Source of the DNA: Polyangia bacterium
Lineage (GTDB): Bacteria > Myxococcota_A > Polyangia > Fen-1088
Direction: 5' to 3'
Length of the DNA stretch: 62,597 nucleotides
Assembly (NCBI GenBank): GCA_036498765.1
Contig: DASYEX010000349.1
Coordinates: 1-62,597, forward strand
The first letter of the stretch is position 1; each line of letters starts with the position of its first letter. Made by a program: the position numbers and the translations under genes. The notes under the pieces are model-generated. The model was not told the origin of the DNA, did no database searches, and was given only the letters and a program-made list of their open reading frames with translations. Shown here in pieces: positions 8,817-18,700 of the stretch.

Positions 8817-9512
8817 ATGCAGGTATTGATTGGTACGAGCGGCTTCAGCTATCCCGCCTGGCGGGGCGGTTTTTACCCGGAGAAGCTCCCCGAGTCGAAG
8901 ATGCTGGGCCACTACGCGGGCATCTTCCGGGCGGTCGAAATCAACAATAGCTTCTACCGCATGCCGACGTCCGAGGTGCTCGCCCGCTGGGCCGCCGAGA
9001 CCCCGCCCGAGTTCCGCTTCGCGCTCAAGAGCCCGCGGCGGATCACGCACGACAAGCGCCTCCTCGACACGGCCTCGGCGGTGGAACGGCTGGCGGAAGC
9101 CTCGCGTGGCCTCGGCGAAAAGCTGGGCCCGGTGCTGTTCCAGCTGCCCCCCAACATGAAGAAGGACCTGGTGCGGCTCGACGACTTCCTGGCCTCCCTG
9201 CCGGCGGGGCTGCCGGCGACGGTCGAATTCCGCCACGAATCCTGGTTCTCGGACGACGTCTACGGCTGCCTGCGCGCCAGGCGGGCCGCGCTCTGCATCG
9301 CCGAGTCGGAGGACGTGGCGACACCGCTCGAGGCGACGACCGACTGGGGTTATCTGCGGCTCCGGCGCGAGGACTACGACGACGCGATGGTGGCGGCCTG
9401 GGGCGCGCGCATCAAGACGCAGGGCTGGTCGACCGCTTACGTCTTCTTCAAGCACGAGGACACCGGCAAGGGGCCGATCGCGGCCGCCCGACTGCACGAG
9501 CTCATGGCCTAG
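8817..9512 (+). CDS. DUF72 (YecE-like) family protein
   Basis: The N-terminal IGTSGFSYPAWRGGFYPEKL and FRAVEINNSFYRMP are hallmark DUF72 strings. Confidence 0.88.
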   Translation: MQVLIGTSGFSYPAWRGGFYPEKLPESKMLGHYAGIFRAVEINNSFYRMPTSEVLARWAAETPPEFRFALKSPRRITHDKRLLDTASAVERLAEASRGLGEKLGPVLFQLPPNMKKDLVRLDDFLASLPAGLPATVEFRHESWFSDDVYGCLRARRAALCIAESEDVATPLEATTDWGYLRLRREDYDDAMVAAWGARIKTQGWSTAYVFFKHEDTGKGPIAAARLHELMA

Positions 9513-9595
9513 CCAAGACCGCCCGGGCCCAGACCGCCAGAAACTGGACGTTATCCTACATCGGTATACACTGGAGTACCTCCTCAGGAGCACAA

Positions 9596-10486
9596 ATGGC
9601 CCGACCCATTGCAGGCGCGACGATCTCTTTCGGCCTCGTGTCGATCCCCGTGCGGCTCTATCCGGCGACGCAGAGCAAGGCAGGGGTGTCGTTCAACCTC
9701 TTGCACGCCAAATGCGGCTCGCGGCTCAAGCAGCAGTACGTCTGCCCCCGCGACGGCGAGCAGGTCAGCCGCGACGACATGGTCAAGGGGTACGAGTTCG
9801 CCAAGGACCAGTACGTCACCTTCACGCCCGAGGAGCTCAAGGCGCTGGAGGAGAAGGCGACCCAGAGCATCGACATCGACGCCTTCGTCCCACTTTCAGC
9901 CATCGACCCGATCTACTTCGAGCGGCCGTACTACCTCGGCCCCGAGAAAGGCGGCGACAAGGCGTACCTCTTGCTCGCCGAGGCGATGCGCGAGACCGGA
10001 CGCGCCGCGCTCGCCCGCTACGCGGCCCGCGGCAAGCAGTACCTGGTGATGCTGCGCCCGGCGAACGACGGCCGCGCGCTCATCCTGCAGGAGCTGCTCT
10101 ACGCCGATGAGGTGCGCCCGATGTCCGAGGTGCCGCTCCCCGACGGCGAGGCGCGCGAGGCCGAGCTGAAGCTGGCCAAGCAGCTCATCGACCAGATCGC
10201 CTCCGAGACCTTCGAGCCGTCGAAGTACCACGACGAGGTCCGCGAGCGGATCCATGCGGACATCGAGCGCAAGGTCCAGGGGCACGACATCTCGGAGAGC
10301 GCGCCGGCGCCCGAGCCCGCGCGGATCATCGACCTCATGGCCGCCCTCAAGGCGAGCCTCGGCAAGGGTGCCGCCAAGGAGGAGGACAAGTCGCCGGCCG
10401 ACGCCGAGCCGGAGCACCCGCGCCGCGGCGCCCGCCGCTCCGAAGAAGCCGTCCATCACGAGCCGAAGCGCGCCAAAAAGCGGTAG
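9596..10486 (+). CDS. ku: Ku (non-homologous end-joining DNA-end-binding protein)
   Basis: ISFGLVSIPVRLYPAT, FNLLHAKCGSRLKQQYVCP, DDMVKGYEF, YFERPYYLGPEKGGDKAY, plus a basic C-terminal tail (PKRAKKR). Confidence 0.92.
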   Translation: MARPIAGATISFGLVSIPVRLYPATQSKAGVSFNLLHAKCGSRLKQQYVCPRDGEQVSRDDMVKGYEFAKDQYVTFTPEELKALEEKATQSIDIDAFVPLSAIDPIYFERPYYLGPEKGGDKAYLLLAEAMRETGRAALARYAARGKQYLVMLRPANDGRALILQELLYADEVRPMSEVPLPDGEAREAELKLAKQLIDQIASETFEPSKYHDEVRERIHADIERKVQGHDISESAPAPEPARIIDLMAALKASLGKGAAKEEDKSPADAEPEHPRRGARRSEEAVHHEPKRAKKR

Positions 10487-10566
10487 AGCAAACGGTAGCG
10501 TAAGCGCTAGACCGCACCCGCTCGATTCCCGCGCGCAAACGTAGCCAAGCTGTATATTGACTCGCC

Positions 10567-11421
10567 TTGAGCGGGTACACGTCCCAGGACGTCGCGCGGA
10601 TGATCGGCGTGTCTTCCGGCCGGCTGCGCGCCTACCTGCGCGCCGGCGTCCTCTCCCCGGAGCGCGGCGAGCACGGCGAGCTGCGGTTCTCCTTTCAGGA
10701 TCTGCTGCTGCTGCGCAAGGCCGAGGGGCTCGTGAGCCAGCGCATCCCGCCGCACCGGGTGCGGCGCGCGCTGCAGAAGCTGCGCGCGCGGTTGCCGGAG
10801 ACGAGCCCACTGACCGGCGTGCAGCTCGGCACCGAAGGCTCGTCGGTCGTGGTCCAGGAGGGGAACACGCGCTGGCAGGTAGAGTCAGGTCAGGTGCTGC
10901 TGTCGTTCGACCAGCCGGTGGAGGGCCCGGCCGAGATCCCGCTGGCGCCTCTGGCAATGCTGCGCGCGCGCCCCCCGGTCGCGGCCGTCGGCGACGTCGC
11001 GCCGCCCTCGCCCGAGGAGATCTACGAGATCGGCTGCGACATCGACGAGACCGATCCGGTCTCCGCCGAGGCGAGCTACCGCCAGGTGCTGATGCAGGCG
11101 CCCGAGCATGCCGACGCGCACATCAACCTCGGCCGCATCCTGCACGAGCGCGGCGATCTGGCCGCCGCGGAGGCCCACTACCGCCGCGCGCTGACCATCC
11201 GGGCGGCCGACGCGACGGCGCTCTTCAACCTGGGCGTGGTGCTCGAGGATCAGGGGCGCAACAGCGCGGCGCTCGAGGCCTACGCCCGCGCCATCGAGGT
11301 CGACGGGCGCAACGCAGACGCCCACTACAACGCCGCCCGCCTCTACGACCTCCTGGGCGACTACGGCGCGGCGCTGCGCCACCTGCGGATCTGCCGCGAG
11401 CTGACGCGCGCGCCGCGGTGA
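10567..11421 (+). CDS. MerR-like HTH protein fused to TPR repeats
   Basis: N-terminus YTSQDVARMIGVSSGRLRAYLRAGVL...FSFQDLLLLRKA is MerR-type HTH. The C-terminus has 3-4 TPR units (AHINLGRILHERGDLAAAEAHYRRAL, ALFNLGVVLEDQG...). TTG start. Confidence 0.75.
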   Translation: MSGYTSQDVARMIGVSSGRLRAYLRAGVLSPERGEHGELRFSFQDLLLLRKAEGLVSQRIPPHRVRRALQKLRARLPETSPLTGVQLGTEGSSVVVQEGNTRWQVESGQVLLSFDQPVEGPAEIPLAPLAMLRARPPVAAVGDVAPPSPEEIYEIGCDIDETDPVSAEASYRQVLMQAPEHADAHINLGRILHERGDLAAAEAHYRRALTIRAADATALFNLGVVLEDQGRNSAALEAYARAIEVDGRNADAHYNAARLYDLLGDYGAALRHLRICRELTRAPR

Positions 11422-11497
11422 GGCCCGGGCCACGCTGACGCGCGCCGCTTGAAACGCGCGCGAGGACCGTGCTAACAGCGGAGGCCGGCGGCGGGAC

Positions 11498-12508
11498 ATG
11501 CTCCTCTTGGCGTTGATCCTCGGGGCGCTGACCCTGAAGCCGGCTCCCGAGATGGTGACGGTTCGCGCGGCGGGAGACTGTCCGTCGGCGGCGGCGGTCC
11601 GAGAGAGGCTGGGGAAGCTGCTCGGCGCAGGCGGCGCGGCCCGCACGCCCGATCTCGCCGACGTCGGGCTGGTCGGATCCTCGCTGTCGATCTCCTTGCG
11701 ACGCGCTTCCGGCGAGGTGGTCGGGGAAAAGCAGATCGCCGCCGGCGCGGGATGCGCGGCGCGCGCCGAGTCAGCCGCCATCGTGCTCGCGGCCTGGGAG
11801 GCGCAACTCGGCGATCACGCAGCGCCCGAGCTGGTGTCGCCTCTGGCGCCGGCCCCGAGCGCCGATACCCCGCCGGCGACTGAGACGCCGGCGCCGCCGG
11901 TGCCACCGCCCGCGCGATCGTCGCCGCCGCCCACGCCGTCACGGCCGGGAGCGCCGACCGTGATGAGCAAGGCCGGCGGCACGCCACCCGCCGCCCTGCC
12001 CCGCCGGTGGCACCTCTCTGCCGGCGGGTCGTTGCTCGCATCGATCGACGCGGACGACACGGCGCTGGCGGCCACGGCGGAGGCGGCGTTGTCGCGCGCC
12101 GGCTCGCCCCTGGCGTTCGGGGCCGGCGCGATGTTCGTGAGCTCACACGCCGTGTCGGTCAGCCCGGGGATCGGCAGCTGGCGGCGGTTCGGCCTGGTGC
12201 TCGACGGACGCTGGCGAGCCGACCTGGGAACGCTCCGGCTGGAGGCCCGCGCGGGCGCCGCGTTGACCCTGCTGACGATCAGCGGCAGCGCGCTGGCGCA
12301 GAACGGCGGCGGGGACGCCTTCGATCCTGGCGCGGTCGCCGGGCTGCGCCTCGGCATTCCCGGCGGACCCGCGAACCCGTGGGTGGAGATCGGCGCGACC
12401 ATCTGGCCGCGCCGCCAGACCCTCCAGGTCCGGGGCGGCGCCGCGACCGATCTGCCGTCCGTCGACGTGCTGGTGGGCGTCGGCTTCTCCCTCGAGCATC
12501 TGCCCTGA
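11498..12508 (+). CDS. Secreted protein of unknown function: two-Cys N-domain, Pro-rich linker, beta-rich C-domain. Paralogue of 59290..60279
   Basis: Signal-like N-terminus. DCPSAAAVRERLGKLL...GCAARAESAAIVLAAW aligns with TCPRPAAVFDELLTLV...DCAYRARIAAVFVALA in 59290..60279. A PxP linker follows, then alternating-hydrophobic strands. Confidence 0.7.
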   Translation: MLLLALILGALTLKPAPEMVTVRAAGDCPSAAAVRERLGKLLGAGGAARTPDLADVGLVGSSLSISLRRASGEVVGEKQIAAGAGCAARAESAAIVLAAWEAQLGDHAAPELVSPLAPAPSADTPPATETPAPPVPPPARSSPPPTPSRPGAPTVMSKAGGTPPAALPRRWHLSAGGSLLASIDADDTALAATAEAALSRAGSPLAFGAGAMFVSSHAVSVSPGIGSWRRFGLVLDGRWRADLGTLRLEARAGAALTLLTISGSALAQNGGGDAFDPGAVAGLRLGIPGGPANPWVEIGATIWPRRQTLQVRGGAATDLPSVDVLVGVGFSLEHLP

Positions 12509-12537
12509 AACCTTTTCGCGTCCTCCGACATGAGCTC

Positions 12538-13113
12538 GTGAGGCCCCACCTGGCTCGCGCCGTCTCCTCGCCACCGTCAGCGCCGCTCCCCGCGGCCGAC
12601 AGCGCCGTCGACACCGACTCGCTCTACCGGGCGCACGCCTCGACCATCGCGCGCTGGGCCGTTCGCCTGGGGGGCCCGGGGATCGATCCCAACGACGTCG
12701 TGCAGGAGGTCTTCCTGGTCGCGCAACGGCGCCTGACGCTGTTCCGGCCCGAAGGCGGACGGATCACCACCTGGCTGTTTCGTACGACGGAGAAGATCGT
12801 GCAGACCGCGCGCCGGAAGCAGCGGCTGCGGCGGTGGCTCGCGCGCTGGGCCGGACCCCCGCCGGGGTTGGGCGAGGCCCGGCCGGTTCCGGGCGAAGCG
12901 CTCGAACGGCGGCAGGAAGTCGCGAGCGTCTACCGGGTCCTGGACCGGATGCCTGAGCGACTGCGGCGCGTGCTGGTCCTGTTCGAGCTCGAAGAGATGT
13001 CGACGCAAGAGATCGCCGAGCTGGTCGGCGCGCGAATCGGTACGGTCCGCGTCTGGCTGTTCCGGGCCCGGGCCCGGTTCATCGAGCTCCACGCGAAGGA
13101 GGAAGAAACATGA
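12538..13113 (+). CDS. ECF (group IV) sigma-70 factor
   Basis: Region 2 DVVQEVFLVAQRRL...TWLFRTTEKIV; region 4 RRVLVLFELEEMSTQEIAELVGARIGTVRVWLFRAR. Start re-picked at GTG 12538 inside ORF 12007..13113, because the upstream part overlaps the preceding gene. Confidence 0.85.
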   Translation: MRPHLARAVSSPPSAPLPAADSAVDTDSLYRAHASTIARWAVRLGGPGIDPNDVVQEVFLVAQRRLTLFRPEGGRITTWLFRTTEKIVQTARRKQRLRRWLARWAGPPPGLGEARPVPGEALERRQEVASVYRVLDRMPERLRRVLVLFELEEMSTQEIAELVGARIGTVRVWLFRARARFIELHAKEEET

Positions 13114-14393
13114 AGCGCCCCCTCGGCGAGCCTGAACGGTGGTCCGATCGCGTCCCCGAGCGGTCCGGCGCGCGGAGCTTCAGGGTGCCGGCCGAGGACG
13201 ACCTGGGCGCGTTGTTTCGCCGCGTCCGCGAGGCGACGCTCCCCGCACCGCTCGCCCCACCAACGACCGCCGCGGCGAGAGCCCGGGGCCCACGCTGGGG
13301 CCGTCTGGCGGGACGGCTGGCGCTGGCGGCCGCGGTGGTGGCGGCCAGCGGCGGCGCGGTCAAGGCCGCTCGGTCGGTCTGGCGCGCGATCGCGCCGCGG
13401 CCCCAGTCGCTGACGGTCCCGGCGGGGAGCAGGGCCGTCCTCAGCAGACGCGCCCACCGAAAGTTGACGGTGGTCGGCCCAGCGCGCCTCGATCTCGATC
13501 GGGGCGAGGCCGATCGATTGGACCTCACGCTGGATGGGGGAGCGCTCACCGCCGAAGCAGGCGACGAGGCGTTGCTCGTCGAGGTCAACGGATTGAAGGT
13601 CGCGCTGCCCGCCGGAGCGACCGGCCGGGTGGCCGGGGCGCGAGGGACCCTCCCCGCCGTCGACGCGCTGGCAGGCGAGCTGCGCGTCGCGCCCGCCGCC
13701 GACGGTCGGTCGATCGCGCTGCCCGCAGGGCACCGCTGGCCTGAGCCGGCTCCGCCGGTCCCGAGGACGCTCGCGCCGACCGCTGCGCCCGCCGCAGCAG
13801 CGGTCCTGGCGGAGGCACTAGCCGCTCCGGGCGCGAGCCCTCGCCGGCCGGAGGAGGGCGCGCGGCGCGGCGCTCGAGAGGACGAGCGGGGCGCCACCAG
13901 CGAGGCGAGTTTGCTCGCGCGGGCATTCCACGCCGCGCGCGTCGACCGCGACGGGGACGCGGCGTTGCGGGCTCTGGACGAGAGAGAGCGCCGCTTCCCG
14001 AACGGCGTGCTGGCGAACGAGGCGCGCGTCGCCCGCGTCGAGGCGCTGTTGGCGCTCGGAAGAGCGTCCGCGGCCCTGCCCTTGCTGCTGGAGATTCGTG
14101 ACCAATCGCAAGGCCTCACCCGCGGGATCCAGCTCGCACGGGCCGAGATCCTGTCCGAGCTGGACCGCTGTCGCGAGGCCGCCACCGACTTCGACGAACT
14201 AGTCGCGGCAGAGATCCGCGACGACGCCGACGAGCGAGCGCGCTACGGCCGGGCGGCGTGCCACCTGCGTGCCGGCGAAACGGCGCCGGCGCGTCGGGAT
14301 CTCGAACGGTACGGCGAGCTCTACCCGGACGGACGATTCATCGCCGCCGTCCGCCGCGCAACCCGCGACCTGGGCCCGGCCGCGGCGCCGTAA
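13110..14393 (+). CDS. Putative anti-sigma factor (TM, FecR-like middle, TPR-like C-terminus)
   Basis: ATGA overlap with the sigma gene. Single TM LAGRLALAAAVVAASGG. Middle segment LTLDGGALTAEAGDEALLVEVNGLKVALPAG is FecR-like. The C-terminal RFPNGVLANEARVARVEALL resembles the 57814..58557 product. Confidence 0.7.
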   Translation: MKRPLGEPERWSDRVPERSGARSFRVPAEDDLGALFRRVREATLPAPLAPPTTAAARARGPRWGRLAGRLALAAAVVAASGGAVKAARSVWRAIAPRPQSLTVPAGSRAVLSRRAHRKLTVVGPARLDLDRGEADRLDLTLDGGALTAEAGDEALLVEVNGLKVALPAGATGRVAGARGTLPAVDALAGELRVAPAADGRSIALPAGHRWPEPAPPVPRTLAPTAAPAAAAVLAEALAAPGASPRRPEEGARRGAREDERGATSEASLLARAFHAARVDRDGDAALRALDERERRFPNGVLANEARVARVEALLALGRASAALPLLLEIRDQSQGLTRGIQLARAEILSELDRCREAATDFDELVAAEIRDDADERARYGRAACHLRAGETAPARRDLERYGELYPDGRFIAAVRRATRDLGPAAAP

Positions 14394-14437
14394 CTTCCGC
14401 GGACCTTCCGACATGGGTAAGGCGAGGTGAAGCGCAC

Positions 14438-15199
14438 ATGAAGAACCTTCTGGCGGCACTGCTGCTGGCGTCGGCGCTCGGTTGCCACGCCACGACCCTG
14501 ATCGGCACCAGCAACGGCATCGACGGCGGCGACGACGATGCCACTGTCGCTGTCGACGCCGTCGGATGCAACCTGACGTTTCCCGACAGCGGCTTCTACG
14601 GACCGAACATCCTCGTTCCGGGGCGCACTTCGTTCAACAGCACGCCTTTCCTGGGCGGCCCCGCGACGGTCTACGAGCTCGTGGTCCAGCACGACGCCGC
14701 GGTGCAGGTCACGGTGAAACTGACGCTCCTCTCGGGCGACGGCGTTTGGTACATCGGCGGCTATGCGGCTGACTGGCGGGTCACGAACGACGACGGCGGG
14801 ATCGGAGGGACTCAAACGTTCGAGGCGCCGAACGTGGGCGGCGAGGCCGAGGAGTCCATCTACTTCGTTAAGAGCGGCCGGGCGAAGCTCGACGTGCTAG
14901 GCCTCTGCGGCCCCGGTGGCCCGATGTTCTCGAAGACCATCTCCTGGTCGCCCGCGGACGGAGGCACGTTGTCGCCGACAGATGGCGGCGGCTTCCTGCG
15001 CGACGGCGGCGGCTTCCTGCGCGACGGCGGCTTCGTGCCCGACGGCGGCGGCTTCGTGCCCGACGGCGGCGGTTTCGTGCCCGACGGCGGCGGCTTCGTG
15101 CGCGACGGCGGCCCGTTCCCCTGGGACTCCGGCCCGACGTTCGACGCCCGGCCGGCTCTGGACGGCGGGATCGTCACGGGCCCCGTGGGAGGCGAGTGA
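14438..15199 (+). CDS. Lipoprotein with C-terminal DGGGF(V/L)(P/R) heptad repeats
   Basis: MKNLLAALLLASALGC lipobox start, re-picked inside ORF 14258..15199. The C-terminus carries six tandem 7-aa repeats. Confidence 0.75.
   Translation: MKNLLAALLLASALGCHATTLIGTSNGIDGGDDDATVAVDAVGCNLTFPDSGFYGPNILVPGRTSFNSTPFLGGPATVYELVVQHDAAVQVTVKLTLLSGDGVWYIGGYAADWRVTNDDGGIGGTQTFEAPNVGGEAEESIYFVKSGRAKLDVLGLCGPGGPMFSKTISWSPADGGTLSPTDGGGFLRDGGGFLRDGGFVPDGGGFVPDGGGFVPDGGGFVRDGGPFPWDSGPTFDARPALDGGIVTGPVGGE
14981..15110 (+). repeat. 21-bp tandem repeat, ~6 copies (one 18-bp copy), in frame
   Basis: GACGGCGGCGGCTTCGTGCCC-type units start at 14981, 15002, 15023 (18 bp), 15041, 15062 and 15083, with only 1-4 substitutions per copy. 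Confidence 0.9.
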
Positions 15200-15217
15200 C
15201 GATCCCTCCCCGGAACC

Positions 15218-15643
15218 TTAGGCCAGGCGCGCCTCCAGCGTGATCTTGGCGCTCGAGATGAGCTTCGAGATCGGGCAGCCGGCCTTGGCGTTCTCGGCGG
15301 CGCTCTCGAACTTGGCCTTGTCGGGGTTGGCGAGCTTGACCGTCACCTCGAGGTGCGACGTGGTGACCGCAAAGCCGACCTCGACCTTATCCAGCGACAC
15401 GGTGGCCTTCGAATCGATGTTCTCGGGGGTGAGCCCGACCTTCTCCAGCTCGGCCGACAGCGCCATCGCGAAGCAGCTGGCGTGGGCGGCGGCGATCAGC
15501 TCCTCGGGGCTGGTGCCCGTCCCGGTCTCGAACCTCTGGGCGAAGTCGTAGGGGACGTTCGAAAACGTCCCGCTGGCGGCTGAAAACGTCCCCTTGCCGG
15601 CCTTGAGGCCCCCTTTCCAGTTCGCGGTCGCGGATCTCTTCAT
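15218..15643 (-). CDS. osmC: OsmC-family peroxiredoxin
   Basis: ANWKGGLKAGKGTFS...TSPEELIAAAHASCFAMALS...AKAGCPISK contains both conserved Cys motifs of OsmC. Confidence 0.92.
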   Translation of the reverse strand: MKRSATANWKGGLKAGKGTFSAASGTFSNVPYDFAQRFETGTGTSPEELIAAAHASCFAMALSAELEKVGLTPENIDSKATVSLDKVEVGFAVTTSHLEVTVKLANPDKAKFESAAENAKAGCPISKLISSAKITLEARLA

Positions 15644-15742
15644 GGCGTTCTCCTTTGGAGTGAGCGCGGAACCTTAACCACGAACGGCCCCGCTCGCCAG
15701 CGCGCTTCGCCGGGGGGGCCGGCGCGGCTACAATCCGGCGCG

Positions 15743-18700
15743 ATGCTCACGCGCGCCCCCGCCGGCCTCGTCCTGCTGGCGCTCGGGGGCGCGCTGGTGA
15801 TGACGGCGGGCGCCGCGCGCGCCGACGCGGTCGACGAGCCGGGCGAGGGGCTCCCCGCGCCGCGCGTTCCGCGCGCCGACTGGTACACGCTGCAGACGCC
15901 GCACTTCGAGATCCAGTTCTACGCCGACGAGCAGGCCTTCGCCGAACGGGTCGCGCACTTCGCCGAGCGCGCCTTCCGCCTCAACACCCGCTACTTCAAC
16001 TGGCGGCCCAGCGGGCGGGTCATCGTGACCCTCACCGACATCTCCGACGGGGCCAACGGCGAGGCCAGCTCGGTCCCTTACAACTTCATCAACGCCTTCG
16101 GGGTCCCGCCCGACTCACTCGACGAGCTGAACGACTTCGATGACTACGTGAAGCTGCTCATCACCCACGAGCTGACGCACGTCGTGCATCTGGACACGAT
16201 GCTCAGCCCCTGCCCGCTCATCTACAACACGCTACTCGGCAAGACCTGGGCGCCCAACCTGGCCGAGCCGGTCTGGTTCATCGAGGGGATGGCGGTGCTC
16301 ATGGAGTCGCGCCAGACGACCGCCGGCCGCCTGCGCAGCAGCTTCTACGACATGCACCTGCGCGTCCCGTTCCTCGAGGGGCGCCCGTTCGGCCTCGACC
16401 AGATCACCGCCATCCCCGACCCTTATCCCCAGGGGACGGCCGCCTATCTTTACGGCTCGAGCCTGCTCCGCTACGTCGAGGATCGCTACGGCCCCCAGAA
16501 GATCCGCGAGCTCTCCCAGCGCTACGCCGACACCTGTGTCCCGGGCGCCCTCAACCGCACCGCGCTGCACGCGGTCGGCCGCGGGTACGCCGGGGTCTTC
16601 GGCGCCGGCCTCTTCGACGACTGGCGCCGCTCGGTCGGTCACCGATACGCGCTGCAGATCGAGGAGGCGAAGCAGCGGCCGCTCACCAGCGCCACGCGCA
16701 TCACCTGGGACGCGCCGGCGCCGCGCAGCGAGGGGCCGGGCGCGCACTTCTTCGCCGACGGCACGCTGGTCTACCACCGCCAGAACAACGATCAGTCGCC
16801 CGCCTACGTGCGGCTCGACCCCGCCACGGGCGCGCGCCGAACGATCGCCGACCTGCTGAGCGGCGGGCCGGCCGCGCCCACACCCGACGGCCAGGCGCTG
16901 ATCGTCCAGCGGCTCTACTTCCCGCAGCTCACGCGGCGCATCTGGGGCAGCAGCTTTCTCTCCTGGAACGATCTTTTCCGGCTCGACCTGGCGAACGGGA
17001 CGATCCGCCAGCTGACCCGCGGCGTGCGCGCCCACGAGCCCGACGTCTCGCCCGACGGCAAGCAGATCGTCTGCGTCCTGGCCGGGACCGGCACCCGGCA
17101 GCTCGCGCTGGTGCCGATCGAGGGAGGCGAGCCGCGCCTCCTCATGCCGGGGGCGCCGGGGCTGGCCTTCTCGCCCACGTTCTCCCCGGACGGACGCCTC
17201 ATCGCCTACTCGCGCTGGAAGCCCGGCGGGTTCCGCGACATCCACGTCTACGAGTTGGCGACCGCCACCGATCGCGCGCTCGCGGTCGATCGGGCCATGG
17301 ACATCGATCCGCGCTTCTCGCCGGACGGGCGCTACCTGCTCTACTCCTCGGACCGCAGCGGCATCAACAACATCTACGCCTACGAGCTCGCCACGCGGCA
17401 GCTCTTCCAGGTGACGAACGTCCTGTCGGGGGCGTTCCAGCCGGCGGTCTCCCCCGACGAGCGCCGGCTGGTCTACACCGGGTTCACCACCGACGGGTTC
17501 GACCTCTGGACCATGCCCTACGATCCGGCCACCTTCGTGCCGGCCAAGCCCTTCGCCAACTTCCGGCTCGACGCCCCGACCGACCCCGACGCCGAGACCG
17601 ACTCCCCGGACGCCGCGCCCGAGGACGCCGACGCCGTGCCGTTCCCCCAGCGCGTCGTCCCCTACAACCCCTGGAAGTACATGTACCCGCACCAGTGGAC
17701 GGCGGGGGTGCTCAAAGATCCGTTCGGCATGGGAGACACGTTCCAGCTTCAGACCTCGGCGAACGATCCGGCCAACATCCACGCCTTCTTCTTCGATCTG
17801 CTGGTCCCCACCAGCGGGACGCCGTCGGGGACCATCGCCTACAGCTACGCCCGGTTCTGGCCCGCCCTGAACCTGTCGCTGTCCAAGCTCGACGCGGTGG
17901 CCAACGGCCTCATCATCGACAACCAGAACCTCAACTACGTGCAGCGCACGGTGACGTTCTCGGCGTCGACCGACCTGCCGGTGCTGCAGACGCCGGACGC
18001 CAGCGCCGACATCAGCTTCGGCTACGACTACGCCCTGTTTGGACCTATCAGCCGGATCCCCGTCGGTGAACCGACCGGCGGGATCACCGTCCTGCCGCAG
18101 ACGGGGCCGGCGGCCGACCTGAACTTCTCCTGGAGCTTCTCGAACGCGCACAGGTGGCAGTACTCGATCAGCAACCAGGAGGGGCGTGCGGTGAGCGTCG
18201 GCCTGCGCCTGGTCGATCCGGTCCTGGGGGGGAATCTCCGCTCGGTGACCATCCAGGCGTCCTGGAAGGAATACGCGACGCCTCCCTGGGCCCGGCTGCA
18301 CGCGCTGGCGCTGTACGCGGCGGGGGGGACCTCGATCGGCGACCAGCATCAGTTCTTCTCGCTCGGCGGCTACGCCGAGCAGGACGTGCTGCGCAGCATT
18401 CTCCTCAAGCAGCAGTCGTTCGCCTTCCTGCGCGGCTACCCCGCCAACGTGGTCTCGGGCGATACCTTCATCGTCGCGTCGGGCGAGTACCGTTTTCCGC
18501 TTTACTGGATCGAGCGCGGCTACCAGACGTTTCCCGTCTTCCTGCGGCGGCTGTGGGGCGCCGGCTTCGTCGACGCCGGCAACGCCTTCCAGGGTCCCTT
18601 TCACGTCGAGCAACTGAAGACCGACGCGGGCGTCGAAGCCCACCTGCTGTTCTCGCTCGGTTGGTACCTGGAACCGCAGATCACGCTCGGCTATGCGCAC

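Noticed and set aside
11451-11475. ECF-promoter-like strings GAAAC-N16-CTAA (11451..11475, upstream of cassette A) and TTAAC-N16-CGTCT (59232..59257, upstream of 59290).
   Set aside because: Each loosely resembles the AAC-N16/17-CGT ECF consensus. However, the two paralogous cassettes do not share the same -10 element, and such short motifs are frequent by chance. They are not reported as features and are worth testing only with 5'-end data.
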